Positions 53,371 to 64,000 are shown, numbered from the stretch's first letter. The stretch: DNA of 64,000 nt from an uncultured Chloroflexia bacterium (GCA_963774265.1 CAVZDU010000003.1:553561-617560), one strand, 5' to 3'. A program made the numbers and translations. The notes: generated by a model from the sequence alone, not told the origin.

Positions 53371-54299
53371 CTATGCCTCCTTCATCCTGTTCAGATACCA
53401 GATGTACACGTTACTGACGCCGATGATGACGATCAGCATGATGTAGGCGAGGGCGCTGGCCTCTCCGGTGCGGGCCTGTCCCTGGAACACCATCCGGTAG
53501 AGGGTGATCGAGACGGTCTCCGTGGTGTTGCCCGGACCGCCGCCCGTGAGGCCCATCACCAGGTCGAACGCCTTGAGCGCCTCGATGGTGCGGAAGAGCA
53601 CGGCGAGCAGTCAGCAGCGGCGCGACCGATGGCAGGGTGATCCGCCAGAACTGGCGCCAGGAGCTGGCCCGGTCGACCGCCGCCGCCTCATAAATGTAGT
53701 CCGGGATCGCCTTCAGACCGGAGAGGCAGAGCAGCATCACGAACGGGCTCCACATCCAGACATCCACGATGACCACCGAGATGAGCGCATAGTCTTTTAG
53801 CAAGATCGGGGCCGTGGCGGGGTTCCAGAAACCGATCAGGTAATTGAAGATGCCGTACAGCGGGTTGAAGATCAGCTTCCAGAACTGTCCGACCACCACG
53901 GGCGAGAGCATCATTGGGATCAGGATCAGCGTGGTCAGCAGACCGCTGGCTTTGAACTTGGCTCGCAGCAACAGCGCCAGGCCGAAGCCGATCAGCGCCT
54001 GAAACAACACCGACAACAGCGCATAGTTCCCGGTGACCGCGAAGCTCGTCCCAGACCTTTGGGTCGCTCAGCAGGGCGTCATAAGTTGCCTGTCCCGATC
54101 CAGAGGGGTGGCAGCTTGCCGCTGTGCGAGTATTTGGTGAAGCTGAGGAACAGGCTGTAGAACAGCGGAAAGATGTTCCACAGGATCAGCAGAACCAGGG
54201 TGGGCAGGATGAATAGCCTCTGGATCGTGCTGTCGCTGACTTGCCGTCGCGGACGGGCTTGCGGCGGCTGGCCCTGGGCGAATGCGGTGGAGTGACCAT
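53371..54299 (-). CDS. Carbohydrate ABC permease (MalF type; frameshifted)
   Basis: [24 protein letters not shown] and TGGGPG. Confidence 0.9.
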
Positions 54300-54353
54300 A
54301 CGATTTCCTCGTTTCCGATAAAACAGGACGACGTGGCGATCGTCGCTCGGAAT

Positions 54354-54427
54354 CCGGGGCGGTGGCGCCGCCACCGCCCCGGATGTTCAGGCCGCGCTTC
54401 TGGCGGGTTACTGACCCGCCAGAAGCG
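54354..54427. repeat. Two adjacent GC-rich hairpins between SBP and permease genes
   Basis: CCGGGGCGGTGGC/GCCACCGCCCCGG and CGCTTCTGGCGGGT/ACCCGCCAGAAGCG. Confidence 0.7.
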
Positions 54428-54448
54428 AACGACGTGTAAGGCGACGTG

Positions 54449-57210
54449 CTACTTGAGGTAGCCGTACTCCTTCAGGATCTTCTCGTGCTCTGCGGCGATG
54501 GCGTCGAGTGCTTCCTTGGCGGTGCCCTTGCCCTCGACGACGTAGTCGCTCAGGGCGGTCTGGGCGGGGGGCAGGAGCAGGCCGTACTCGGGGATGTTGT
54601 AGAAGTCCTTGACCATCCCCATCGTCTCGCCGAAGGCGGCGTTGTAGGGCGCCGCGGCGAGGAACGCATCGGTGGCCAGGGCCTTCTTGTTGCAGGTGTA
54701 GCCACCGAGCTCAGCCCACTTCTGCTGGACGTCGTCCTGGGCGAACCACTTGATGAACTCGAAGGACGCCTGCTTGCGCTCGTCCGAGATGTAGGTGTTG
54801 ATGCTGGTGCCCTGGCCGCCCAGGGAGGCGAACTGCTGGCCGTAGGGGCCGGGCGGGTTGGAGAAGAAGCCGACCTTGTCGTAGAAGTCGGGGTCGGTGC
54901 CCTGGTTGGCGAGGGCGGGCAGGAAGGCGAAGTAGTTCATGGCGAAGGTGGCCTGCCCGGCGATGAAGTAGTTGTTCATCTCGGTGAAGAAGGAGTTGGT
55001 GTTGCCGGGCGGGCCGGAGTCGTACATCTTCTTGTAGGCTTCGAGGGCCTCGACGCAGTGCGGGGCGTTCAGGACGCCTTCGACCTCGAAGTCCTTGTTC
55101 CAGTCACAGCCGTAGGTGAAGAGGGCGTTCTGGAAGCCCATGGTGATGGCGTCGTAGTCCTTCTGGGTGTAGACCGCCGCGCCGTACATGGGCGGGTTGG
55201 CGTCGGGCCGATAGAAGAACTCCGACATGTCGACGAACACCTTGTAGTCCTTGGGCGGGATGGTGTAGGCGTAGCCGTACTTGGCCTCGAAGGCTTTCAT
55301 CTCGTCGGGGTTATCGACGATGTCCTTGCGGTAGGCCCAGCCGTTGGCGTCGCCCTCGGTGGGGTAGGCGTAGTACTTGCCGGAGCCGGCCGGGTACTCG
55401 CCGTAGTACTTGAGGGTGGCCTCGGTGACGGTGTCTTGTGCCAGGCCGTTGGAGACCAGAAGTCGGTCATATCGACGTAGTGGCCCTCGGTGACGGCCTG
55501 GCCGATCCACTGGGAGTCGCCGACGACCATGTCGAAGCCGGTGCCGCGGGCGGCCCATTCAGCCGAGACCTTGTTCTGAGTAGCTGCCCCAGGGTTCCTG
55601 CACGACGGTGACCTTGACGCCGGTCTCCTGCTCGAACAGGTTGCCGATTTCCTGCAGGTAGTTGGCCGGGTCCCACTGCGCCCACCAGATCGTCAGTTCT
55701 TTGACGCTTGCCGGGATGTTGGGCTTGCGCCGGCTGCGGCGCGGAGCAGCCGCAGCGCCTTCCTTGAGGTAGCCGTACTCCTTCAGGATCTTCGTGTGCT
55801 CTGCGGCGATGGCGTCGAGCGCTTCCTTGGCGGTGCCCTTACCCTCGACGACGTAGGCGCTGAGGGCGGTCTGGGCGGGGGGCAGGAGCAGGCCGTACTC
55901 GGGGATGTTGTAGAAGTCCTTGACCATCCCCATCGTCTCGCCGAAGGCGGCGTTGTAGGGCGCCGCGGCGAGGAACGCATCGGTGGCCAGGGCCTTCTTG
56001 TTGCAGGTGTAGCCGCCGAGCTCAGCCCACTTCATCTGGATGTCGTCCTGGGCGAACCACTTGATGAAGTCGAAGGATGCCTGCTTGCGCTCATCCGAGA
56101 TGTAGGTGCTGATGCTGGTGCCCTGGCCGCCCAAGGAGGCGTACTGCTGGCCGTAGGGGCCCTGCGGGTTGGAGAAGAAGCCGACCTTGTCGTAGAAGTC
56201 GGGGTCGGTGCCCTGGTTGGCGAGGGCGGGCAGGAAGGCGAAGTAGTTCATGGCGAAGGTGGCCTGCCCGGCGATGAAGTAGTTGTTCATCTCGGTGAAG
56301 AAGGTGTTGGTGTTGCCGGGCGGGCCGGAGTCGTACATCTTCTTGTAGGCTTCGAGGGCCTCGACGCAGTGCGGGGCGTTGAGGACGCCTTCGACCTTGA
56401 AGTCCTTGTTCCAGTCACAGCCGTAGGTGAAGAGGGCGTTCTGGAAGCCCATGGTGATGGCGTCGTAGTCCTTCTGGGTGTAGACCGCCGCGCCGTACAT
56501 GGGCGGGGTGGCGTCGGGCCGATAGAAGAACTCCGACATGTCGACGAACACCTTGTAGTCCTTGGGCGGGATGGTGTAGGCGTAGCCGTACTTGGCCTCG
56601 AAGGCCTTCATCTCGTCGGGGTTATCGACGATGTCCTTGCGGTAGGCCCAGCCGTTGGCGTCGCCCTCGGTGGGGTAGGCGTAGTACTTGCCCGAGCCGG
56701 CCGGGTACTCGCCGTAGTACTTGAGGGTGGCCTCGGTGACAGTGTCCTTGTCCAGGCCGTTGGAGACCAGGAAGTCGGTCATGTCGACGTAGTGGCCTTC
56801 GGTGACGGCCTGGCCGATCCACTGGGAGTCGCCGACGACCATGTCGAAGCCGGTGCCGCGGGCGGCCCATTCAGCCGAGACCTTGTTCTGGTAGCTGCCC
56901 CAGGGTTCCTGCACGACGGTGACCTTGATGCCGGTCTCCTGCTCGTACAGGTTGCCGATTTCCTGCAGGTAGTTGGCCGGGTCCCACTGGGCCCACCAGA
57001 TCGTCAATTCCTTGACGTTGCCGGCAGCAGGCTTGGCAGCTGCCGGTTCGGGCGCCTTAGTCGGTTCGGCGGCGGCGGGGGCGGCGGTCGGTTGCGACAG
57101 CCGCGGGCGCTGCGGTTGGCACGGGTGCTGGGGTCTTGGCGCCGCCACACGAAATCAGCGATAACGCCATCGACCAGCACTACCAACAGAAACACCACTT
57201 TCTTTAACAT
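54449..57210 (-). CDS. Family-1 sugar ABC solute-binding protein with two near-identical tandem binding domains (frameshifted)
   Basis: Signal peptide and Pro/Ala linker, then KELTIWWAQWDPANYL..KEYGYLK occurs twice. The copies are joined by a stop-free linker and there is a single final TAG. Confidence 0.85.
54452..57015. repeat. ~1.25-kb direct repeat x2 (54452-55705 and 55763-57015)
   Basis: Manual alignment gives roughly 97% identity, with about 30 codon-level differences. Confidence 0.92.
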
Positions 57211-57357
57211 GGTAGCTCTCTCCTCTTCGAAAGTGTGAATGGAAATCTCAAGTTGCGATATGCGGATTCAGGCCTCGATATAGGGCGGTGGTCTTGCCTC
57301 CTTTCGGGCGACCCTCTTGTCGCCGTGATGTCGCGGGCTGCCTCGGGCCATTTGCCC

Positions 57358-57766
57358 TTAGCAAGCGCGCTCTGGGTCTGAGCCAGGGCGCATTTCCAGG
57401 ATCCCCGCTACCGTGTCGTTCAGATCATCGATGTCGAACGGGAAGTTCAGGTACGTGATTCTGTCATCAGACTCCGGTCTGAGATGGTTGCTCGGAAATG
57501 ATCAGCACCGGCACGTGGCCTACCTGACCGAGGAGTGATGCTCTCGAAAGGATCGATATCGGATCTTTCAGGGGCGGCACCGGGGCAACAATGATCAAGT
57601 CAGACGCCCCCGTGGATTGGCCGTTTTCCGGCCGCGCAGGCGGCGCTGAGTCGAGGCGGATCACATGCACTTGCGGGAGGTTGCTGAGCTTCAGTTCAAT
57701 CGCCGCAAAGAGAGCATCATGGTCACAGAGGACGTGGACTCGTTTGCTCATCACTTCCGTCGTCAT
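57358..57766 (-). CDS. Small degenerate receiver-like (CheY-fold) protein (frameshift near 57470)
   Basis: VHVLCDH, DLIIVA, VPVLIIS and YLNFPFDIDDL follow receiver strand order but lack the phospho-Asp and the KP lysine. Confidence 0.55.
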
Positions 57767-57881
57767 TGGCGAAGCAATCCTGCGGATTGCCGAGACGCTT
57801 GCACCTGCGGCTACAAGTACAGGTGTGCGCTGGCCTCGATAGTCTCAAATGGGGCAGGTAGTACAATCGTGAGACACCGAA

Positions 57882-57949
57882 ATCATATCACCTCGGTGTT
57901 CCAAAATCGTCACAAAGCAGCGTGGAAGTGTTCCAAAATCGTTCCAAAG
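57882..57949 (-). promoter_or_regulatory. Extended -10 promoter with two OmpR/PhoB-style direct-repeat boxes
   Basis: GTGTTCCAAAATCGTCACAAAG (57896-57917) and GTGTTCCAAAATCGTTCCAAAG (57928-57949); TGaTATGAT at 57882-57890 on the minus strand. Confidence 0.68.
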
Positions 57950-57958
57950 ACGCGGGGT

Positions 57959-58654
57959 CTACTCGGAAGGGCGAAATACGTAGCCCATTCCGGGTCTGGT
58001 GCGAATGTACTCGGGGCTGCGAGGATCTAACTCGATCTTGCGGCGCAGGCGGTGGATCGCCTGGCGTATTAGTTTGTCACCTTCTTCGTATCCGGGTCCC
58101 CATACTTTTTCGGTAAGGTAGCCCGACATCAAAACGCGTCCAGGCTGCTTGACCAGCTCGCACAGCAGGCGGTATTCGGTCGGCGTTAGTTCGACTTCTT
58201 GCCCGCGAACGAACACCCGGTGCTGAACGAAATCCACTCGAAGCTCGCCGGCCACGTAGCTTGAGTCGGAGGGCAGCCCCTCGGTAAATTCGACCCGCCG
58301 CAGGGCGGACCGCACTCTGGCCAGGAGCTCGGGGACACTGAATGGTTTAGAGATATAGTCATCGGCTCCCAGATCCAGGCCCAGCACCTTATCAGCCTCC
58401 TCCGCCATCGCGGTGATCATGATGATCGGCACTGTGGAGAACTCACGGATCCGTCTGCATGCCTCGTAGCCGTTCATGACGGGCATTTTGATGTCCAACA
58501 GAATCAGATCGGGTTGCGCGTCCGCAGCCAGTTGTACGGCCTCGTGGCCGTCCGAGGCGGTGAGCACCTCATAGTCCCTGGCTTCCAGGTTGGCCTGGAT
58601 CGCCCAGACGTATCGGGGTTCATCCTCCGCAACCAGGATACGGACCTTCTTCAT
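57959..58654 (-). CDS. OmpR/KdpE-family response regulator
   Basis: VAEDE, LLDIKMP, DDYISKPF, LTPTEY and RLRRKIE..GMGY. Confidence 0.96.
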   Translation of the reverse strand: MKKVRILVAEDEPRYVWAIQANLEARDYEVLTASDGHEAVQLAADAQPDLILLDIKMPVMNGYEACRRIREFSTVPIIMITAMAEEADKVLGLDLGADDYISKPFSVPELLARVRSALRRVEFTEGLPSDSSYVAGELRVDFVQHRVFVRGQEVELTPTEYRLLCELVKQPGRVLMSGYLTEKVWGPGYEEGDKLIRQAIHRLRRKIELDPRSPEYIRTRPGMGYVFRPSE

Positions 58655-61433
58655 CGTGCCTCCTCCCTGACACGAACGGGCAAGGTGAAGCAGAAGGTGC
58701 TGCCTGCGCCGGGCTGGCTCTCCGCCCAGATGCGTCCGTTATGCGCCTCCACGATCCCACGGCACACGGCCAGTCCCAATCCAGCGCCTCTCATGCGACG
58801 CGTGATCTCATTCTCGACCCGGTGGAATCGTTCGAAGATTCTCTCCCATTCCTCGACCGGAATGCCGATGCCCTCGTCGCTGACCGCAACCAGGATCTGC
58901 AGGTCGTCCCGATACGCCTGCACCGTGATATTCCCACCTTGCGGCGAGTACTTGATTGCGTTGTCCAGCAGATTGCGCAGCACCTGCTCGACGCGTTTGG
59001 CGTCTACCGTTGCCACCAATGGCTCGTTTGGAAGATCGCTCACCAGGCGATGCCGGGTCGCAAGAGCCTCCATGGACTTGATGGTGTTGTCGACGAGTCC
59101 TCCCAGGTCAGTGGGCTGTTTATCCAGGCGCAGTCGTCCGCTTTCGATGCGCCCCAGGTCCAGCAGGTGCTCCACGATTCTCTCAAGCTTGGTGGTTTCT
59201 TCGCTGATGCTGTGCAGGAATTCCTGCTGGGTGGTGCGATCAAAACTGGCATCATCCATCAACAAAGAAGACGCGGAAATCTTGATCAGGCCCAGCGGCG
59301 TGCGAAGCTCGTGGGAGACGTTGGCGATCAGTTCGGACCGTAGCCGATCCACCTCACGGAGGATCTTCACTTCGGCCGCTTGCTGGGCCAGCCGTGCGTT
59401 GTCTACGGCAATACCGATCTGATGCCCGATGGTCGTGAGAAGCTGCACCCGGTTCGCGCTCAAGGCTTTCGAGCTGTGGCTGATGCTGCCCAGGAGTCCC
59501 AACGTCCTGTCCTTTGACTGGATCGGCACCCCGGTGAGGGTGAACATCACGTCTGGTTGGGAGGACTCTACTCTTTGCCGGACGGTCTCCAGTACGTCAT
59601 CGATGCGTATAGCGGGAGTCGGCTCGGGTCGCTTTCCCTCTCGATTCTCAGTCAGCCAGATGCGTTTGATCATCTCGCTGGCGGGCTCGGGGATTCCGCG
59701 ATGAGCAGCCAGCTTTAGCACAAGCCCATCGTCGTCCAGCAATTGGATCCATCCGCCATCTATATCCAGCAGATTCAGCGTGAGGTCCAAGGTTGCATTC
59801 AAGATCTGATCCAGGCCGATGGATTGCCCTATGGTTGTGGCAATCATGTTGAGGGCGGCCAGGTCCTGGCTGCGCCGTTGGATTTCTTCTTCGGCTCGGG
59901 TGCGCTCGGCGATCTCGGCTTGCAGTGCCTGGTTAGCGCTGAGTAGTTCGGCGGTCCGCTCCTGGACGCGCGTCTCCAGCTCATCGTGCGCCCGGCGGAG
60001 GGCTTCTTCGGCCTGTTTGCGTTCGGTGATGTCCTCCGAGATTCCCAGCAAGTATTGCGGTGTCCCGTCCGCATCCAGGATCGGCACCTTAAGCGTGTGA
60101 AGAAGGCGGATGCCGTTGTACCGGGTCTGGATGGGCTCTTCCGGGAAGTCAATCATTCTTCGTTCGGCCAGGACCTGGCGGTCTTGAGCCACAAAGTAGT
60201 CGGCTTGCTCTTTTGGGAAGAGGTCATAGTCGGTGTTGCCGACCATTTCTTCGTTGGAGAAACCGACCAACTCCGCGCCGACCTTGCCCCAACGCACGAA
60301 CTTGAGGTCCTTGGCGTCTTTGACGAAGATCATGATGGGGATGTTTTCGACGACGGAATCGAGGAACGCGCGGGTGCGATTGGCTTCCTCCTCGGCGCGT
60401 TTCCGTTCCGTGATGTCTTCGGAAATGCCCATCAGATACTGCGGCTTGCCCTCCGCGTCCAGGATCGGCACCTTGAGCGTGTGCAGGATTCTGACGCCCT
60501 TGTGCCGTGTATGCACCGGTTCTTCCGGCGTATCCACCAATTTCCCGCCGGTCAACGCCTCCCGATCTCTGGCCGTGAAGAAATCAGCCTCTTCTTTCGG
60601 GAAAACGTCATAATCGGTCTTGCCGATCAACTCCTCGCGGGAGAAGCCGATCGTCTCCGCGCCGGCTTTGTTCCAGCGCACCCACTTCAAATCCTTGGCC
60701 TCTTTGACAAAGAACATAAGGGGAATGTTTTCGACCACGGAGTTCAAGAAAGCGGTCGTCTCCTCCAGTTGCCTCGCGTGCTCCGCCAGTGCCTGTTCGA
60801 CCTGCCGGTGCTCGGCAAAGAGACGTGCGTTTTCGATCGCGTTGGCGAGCTGGTCGGCCATCGTCTGCAGCGTGGTGATGTCTTCCTCAGTGAACGCTGC
60901 CGTCTGTGCCGATTGAATGGTCATGGCACCGATCGCTTGTCCCCGACTGATGAGCGGCAGTGCCAGTTTTGAGCGCGTCGCCGGAAGCAGTGGGTTTTTC
61001 TGTAACGCCGCCTCCTCGGTGACATTCTCTGCCAGGTTGTATCGTCGGTTGGCGATGCACCAGCCCACCATCGAATCGCCGCCCACCTCGATCTTGCGTC
61101 CCTGGGCCACCATCTGCCGGCCAGCCTCGCCCGTGCCCGCGCGAAATACCCCCATTTGCGTGTTTCATCCGTACGCCCCACCAGGTAGAGGCCAACATAG
61201 TACAAGCCGAACCGCTCGCGGGTCAGCTCTACTACCTGGTGGATCAGTTCGTCCGGATCGAGTATGCTGCCCGTGGCGCGCGAGACCTCAGCCGCGGCCT
61301 GGAGCTGGAGGGCGCGGCGGTCCAGCTTGAGGTTCGCCTGGTGCAAGAGTTGCTGTACGAGTGTCGCCTCACCCACTTCGGAACCAAGAACAGGCGTCTC
61401 CGTTTCTCTCCCAGGTGCAGGATCCACGATCAT
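58651..61433 (-). CDS. Cytoplasmic GAF-PAS-PAS-GAF histidine kinase (frameshift near 61165)
   Basis: Two GAF domains, two similar PAS/PAC units (FL.SVVENIP..GISEDITERK), H-box NVSHELRTPL, NAIKYS and GAGLGL. No TM helix. AGGAGAG RBS before ATG 61433. Confidence 0.92.
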
Positions 61434-61570
61434 CTCTCCTTGCCAGCCAGGAGCAGTCAGTCGCTCTGGCTGAACGCGCGAGACGGCCACTCCCTCGGGC
61501 GGCCAGGCAGCCAGTATACCACGCACCGGCGAAACGGCGAACCGCTTCGACAGTCTCGAGACAGGCGCTC

Positions 61571-62533
61571 TTAGGCCCAGAACATCTCGCCGGGCGCCTC
61601 AGTGATGGTCACTTCCTTGAGCAAGGCGATCCCCTTGGCGAGGCCTTCGTCGGTCGACATCAGCCCGTCTTCGTGCTCGATGGAGATCACGTAGTCGTAA
61701 CCAACCATGCGCAGCGCGCTGACGATGTCCTTCCACACGCGGGCATCGTGTCCGTAGCCGATGCTGCGGAAGGTCCAGGAACGCTCCAGAATGCGGGTGT
61801 ACGGCTTGTTGTCGTTGCAGCCGTTGACGGCCACATTGAACGGATCCACGTACACATCTTTACCGTGCATGTGGAAGATGGCAGGCCCCAGCTTGCGGAT
61901 AGCTGCAACAGGGTCTACGCCGTTCCAAAAGAGGTGGCTGGGGTCGAAGTTGGCGCCGATCACCGGGCCGATGGCGTCGCGCAGCCGGAACAAGGTGTCC
62001 ACGTTGTAGACCATCATGCCAGGGTGCATCTCCAGTGCTACCTTGATGCCGTGCTCGACGGCGAACGGCCCCGCCTGGCGCCAGTAGGGAATCGCTACGT
62101 CTTCCCACTGGTACCTCAGCATCTCCGTAAATTCAGGTGGCCACGGACAGGTGATCCAGTTGATGTTGGCGTCCTGTGGGGAGCCGCCGGCGCAGCCGGA
62201 GAAGGTGTTGACCACCGGCACATCAAGCAAGGCGGCCAGCCGGACAGTCTTGCGGAAGGTCTCGTCGGCCCGGGTCGCGATCTCCTGGTTTGGATGGAGC
62301 GGATTGTCGTGACAGCTCAGCGCGCTGATGATCAGCCCGCGCGAACGGACAGCATCCAGGTATGCCCGGCGCTTGTCAGCGCTCTCGAGCAGTTCATCTA
62401 CCGGGCAGTGCGGGCCACCGGGCAGGCCGCCGGCCCCAATTTCGACCGCAGTCAAGCCTGCTTGCGCAGCCTTGTCCAGCGCCGTTTCGAAGGTGAGATT
62501 GCCCCACAGGGCAGTGAATACACCGATGCGCAT
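61571..62533 (-). CDS. AP_endonuc_2 sugar isomerase/lyase
   Basis: MRIGVFT, ALSCHDNPLHP, LEMHPG, NFDPSHLFW, HGKD and SIEHED. Confidence 0.92.
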   Translation of the reverse strand: MRIGVFTALWGNLTFETALDKAAQAGLTAVEIGAGGLPGGPHCPVDELLESADKRRAYLDAVRSRGLIISALSCHDNPLHPNQEIATRADETFRKTVRLAALLDVPVVNTFSGCAGGSPQDANINWITCPWPPEFTEMLRYQWEDVAIPYWRQAGPFAVEHGIKVALEMHPGMMVYNVDTLFRLRDAIGPVIGANFDPSHLFWNGVDPVAAIRKLGPAIFHMHGKDVYVDPFNVAVNGCNDNKPYTRILERSWTFRSIGYGHDARVWKDIVSALRMVGYDYVISIEHEDGLMSTDEGLAKGIALLKEVTITEAPGEMFWA

Positions 62534-62597
62534 AGGGTCCTCCTTGACTGTAGGTTGGCTGTTGGCGGCTGGCGGATATCGCCGGCCCCCTTCTCAT

Positions 62598-63884
62598 TTA
62601 GACGGCTGCGTCCTGTTCCCGGCACAGCTTCACGACGTCACTTTCTTCGTCCAACACCACGTCGTCCCAAGTCACGATCTGACCAGCCGCCACGGCGCGC
62701 GCGATACGCGCTCCGGGGGCCAGTCCTGCAGGCAGCGCGTTGAGGCGGCGCGCCTCGGCCGCGCGGTCGATCACACCGTGGAAGGTGTAGCCTCCGAAAT
62801 CGTCCAGGCGGTCGCCGGGCCGCAGGGCGCGCTTGGCGACCGTCATCACATCGGCGACAGGATGCTCCTTGGGCGCCAGGGTGACGTGGCGGTGCAGGTG
62901 TGCCCGCGCGAAGGAAATGGGCGCTTCCAGGAACCACAGATGATAAGGCCGGAAGAAGGTGTAGTACTTGCCCTTACCCACCTTCAGATACGCCAGGTCG
63001 TTGCAGATGCGGGAGTCATCGACGCGCACGGTGGCGAAGACGCCGCCTGACATCGCGCTGCCCTGGACGAAATCGACCGCGCCGGCAAAGCGGGCCAAGC
63101 CGCCGTCCTCGCTCAGAGCGAAAATTTGTGAGATGGTTTTCAGGTCCGCTTCTGGGCCGATCATCCCGCGTTGCATCGGCGGACAGTCGGTCGCGTTGGC
63201 TGCGCAGGCCATCTCGAACATGGTCTTGGTGCCGTCGACGTACGAAGCGACCTGGAACGCGTCTTTGCCGGCGCGCCGGGCCGACTCCGCGACGGTCTCT
63301 GGCGTGGCCGATGTGTCGAGCGGGTTGTTCTTGCCCTTGCCGATGACCACGGGCTGATAGCCGAGGGTGGTCACGAAATCGTACAGCTCCATCAGGCAGC
63401 CCGGCTCATCACCTGAGGAAACGCTGTAGAGCACCCCGCCTTGGCGGGCTCGCCGCGCCAGGATGCGCCCCACCGTTACATCGGCTTCGATGTTGATCAG
63501 CACCACATCCTTGCCGTGCGTGATGCCGGCGAGCGCCACTTCGGCGCCGCTTGCGGGCGAAGGGGTCACGTCGGTAACGATGTCGATGGCATCGAGCCGC
63601 GCGGCGAGGGTTATATCGCCCGTGACAACGCGTTGCCCGGCACGCAGTGCATCCATCGCGGGGCCCGCCGCCTCGGCTTCGGCGATCTCCTCATCCGGGA
63701 CTCCGGCCGCGCGATAGGCCTGCCGCGCAGCTTCCACGTCACGGTCCGACAGTACCGATACTTGCATGCCGGGCACGTGCGCGGCCGCGGCCACAAACCC
63801 GCTGCCCATCCACCCCGCGCCGTTCGCGCCGATGCGGATGATGTGCCCCTGGGCGTCCAGAGCCCGCAGTTCATCGCGTAGCAT
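62598..63884 (-). CDS. NAD-binding homoserine-dehydrogenase-like oxidoreductase with C-terminal SAF domain (COG4091-like)
   Basis: GAGWMG, NIEADVTVG, GDEPG, GKGKNNP, DGTKTMFE, RPYHL and SAF-like AKRALRPGDRLD. Confidence 0.88.
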   Translation of the reverse strand: MLRDELRALDAQGHIIRIGANGAGWMGSGFVAAAAHVPGMQVSVLSDRDVEAARQAYRAAGVPDEEIAEAEAAGPAMDALRAGQRVVTGDITLAARLDAIDIVTDVTPSPASGAEVALAGITHGKDVVLINIEADVTVGRILARRARQGGVLYSVSSGDEPGCLMELYDFVTTLGYQPVVIGKGKNNPLDTSATPETVAESARRAGKDAFQVASYVDGTKTMFEMACAANATDCPPMQRGMIGPEADLKTISQIFALSEDGGLARFAGAVDFVQGSAMSGGVFATVRVDDSRICNDLAYLKVGKGKYYTFFRPYHLWFLEAPISFARAHLHRHVTLAPKEHPVADVMTVAKRALRPGDRLDDFGGYTFHGVIDRAAEARRLNALPAGLAPGARIARAVAAGQIVTWDDVVLDEESDVVKLCREQDAAV

Positions 63885-63908
63885 CAAAAGATCCTTCTGC
63901 CCCAACCA

Positions 63909-64000
63909 TTAGCGTTTCGCAGCAATGGCCTCACGGGCCGCCGCAGCGACATCCTCGGCGGTCAGACCGAGCATCCGCATCAACTCGTGTGAGGGCGCAG
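63909..64000 (-). CDS. Transketolase C-terminal subunit, 3' end only
   Basis: APSHELMRMLGLTAEDVAAAAREAIAAKR* is a typical transketolase C-domain ending. Confidence 0.7.
   Translation of the reverse strand, partial: APSHELMRMLGLTAEDVAAAAREAIAAKR

Overview
GC-rich bacterial DNA. Its gene content, Pro/Ala/Thr-linker lipoproteins and GTAG-type REP suggest Chloroflexota (Anaerolineae/Caldilineae-like); this is an inference. Many genes carry single-base frameshifts in patches, most likely uncorrected long-read indels. Left to right: (1) lon (partial), folC and a Tat molybdopterin oxidoreductase preceded by a short promoter-terminator leader. (2) A DtxR/MntR regulator, a two-domain multicopper oxidase and a ZIP transporter, with a clear promoter and operator. 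(3) A ~21 kb divergent island with four pyrrolysine-free MttB-superfamily methyltransferases, an Opp/Dpp-type ABC importer, a CBS-ACT protein, a CitE-like lyase, PLP enzymes, a racemase-family protein and an internally deleted pterin-binding methyltransferase. A complete IS1380-like element is inserted at a CTAG that serves as the stop codon of both the host gene and the transposase. (4) An ordinary middle region: MFS, DUF3105, NarL-type two-component system, patatin, HAD, SH3 lipoprotein, L,D-transpeptidase, DUF4332. (5) A ~25 kb minus-strand sugar-catabolic island with five xylose-isomerase-fold enzymes, two Gfo/Idh/MocA dehydrogenases (one levoglucosan-dehydrogenase-like), a GH4 and a CUT1 ABC importer whose binding protein is a recent internal tandem duplication. 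Its GAF/PAS kinase and OmpR-type regulator have readable candidate binding boxes. No rRNA, tRNA or CRISPR array was seen. The best candidates for undescribed systems are the MttB island, the sugar island with its double binding protein, and the oxidase-ZIP metal module.
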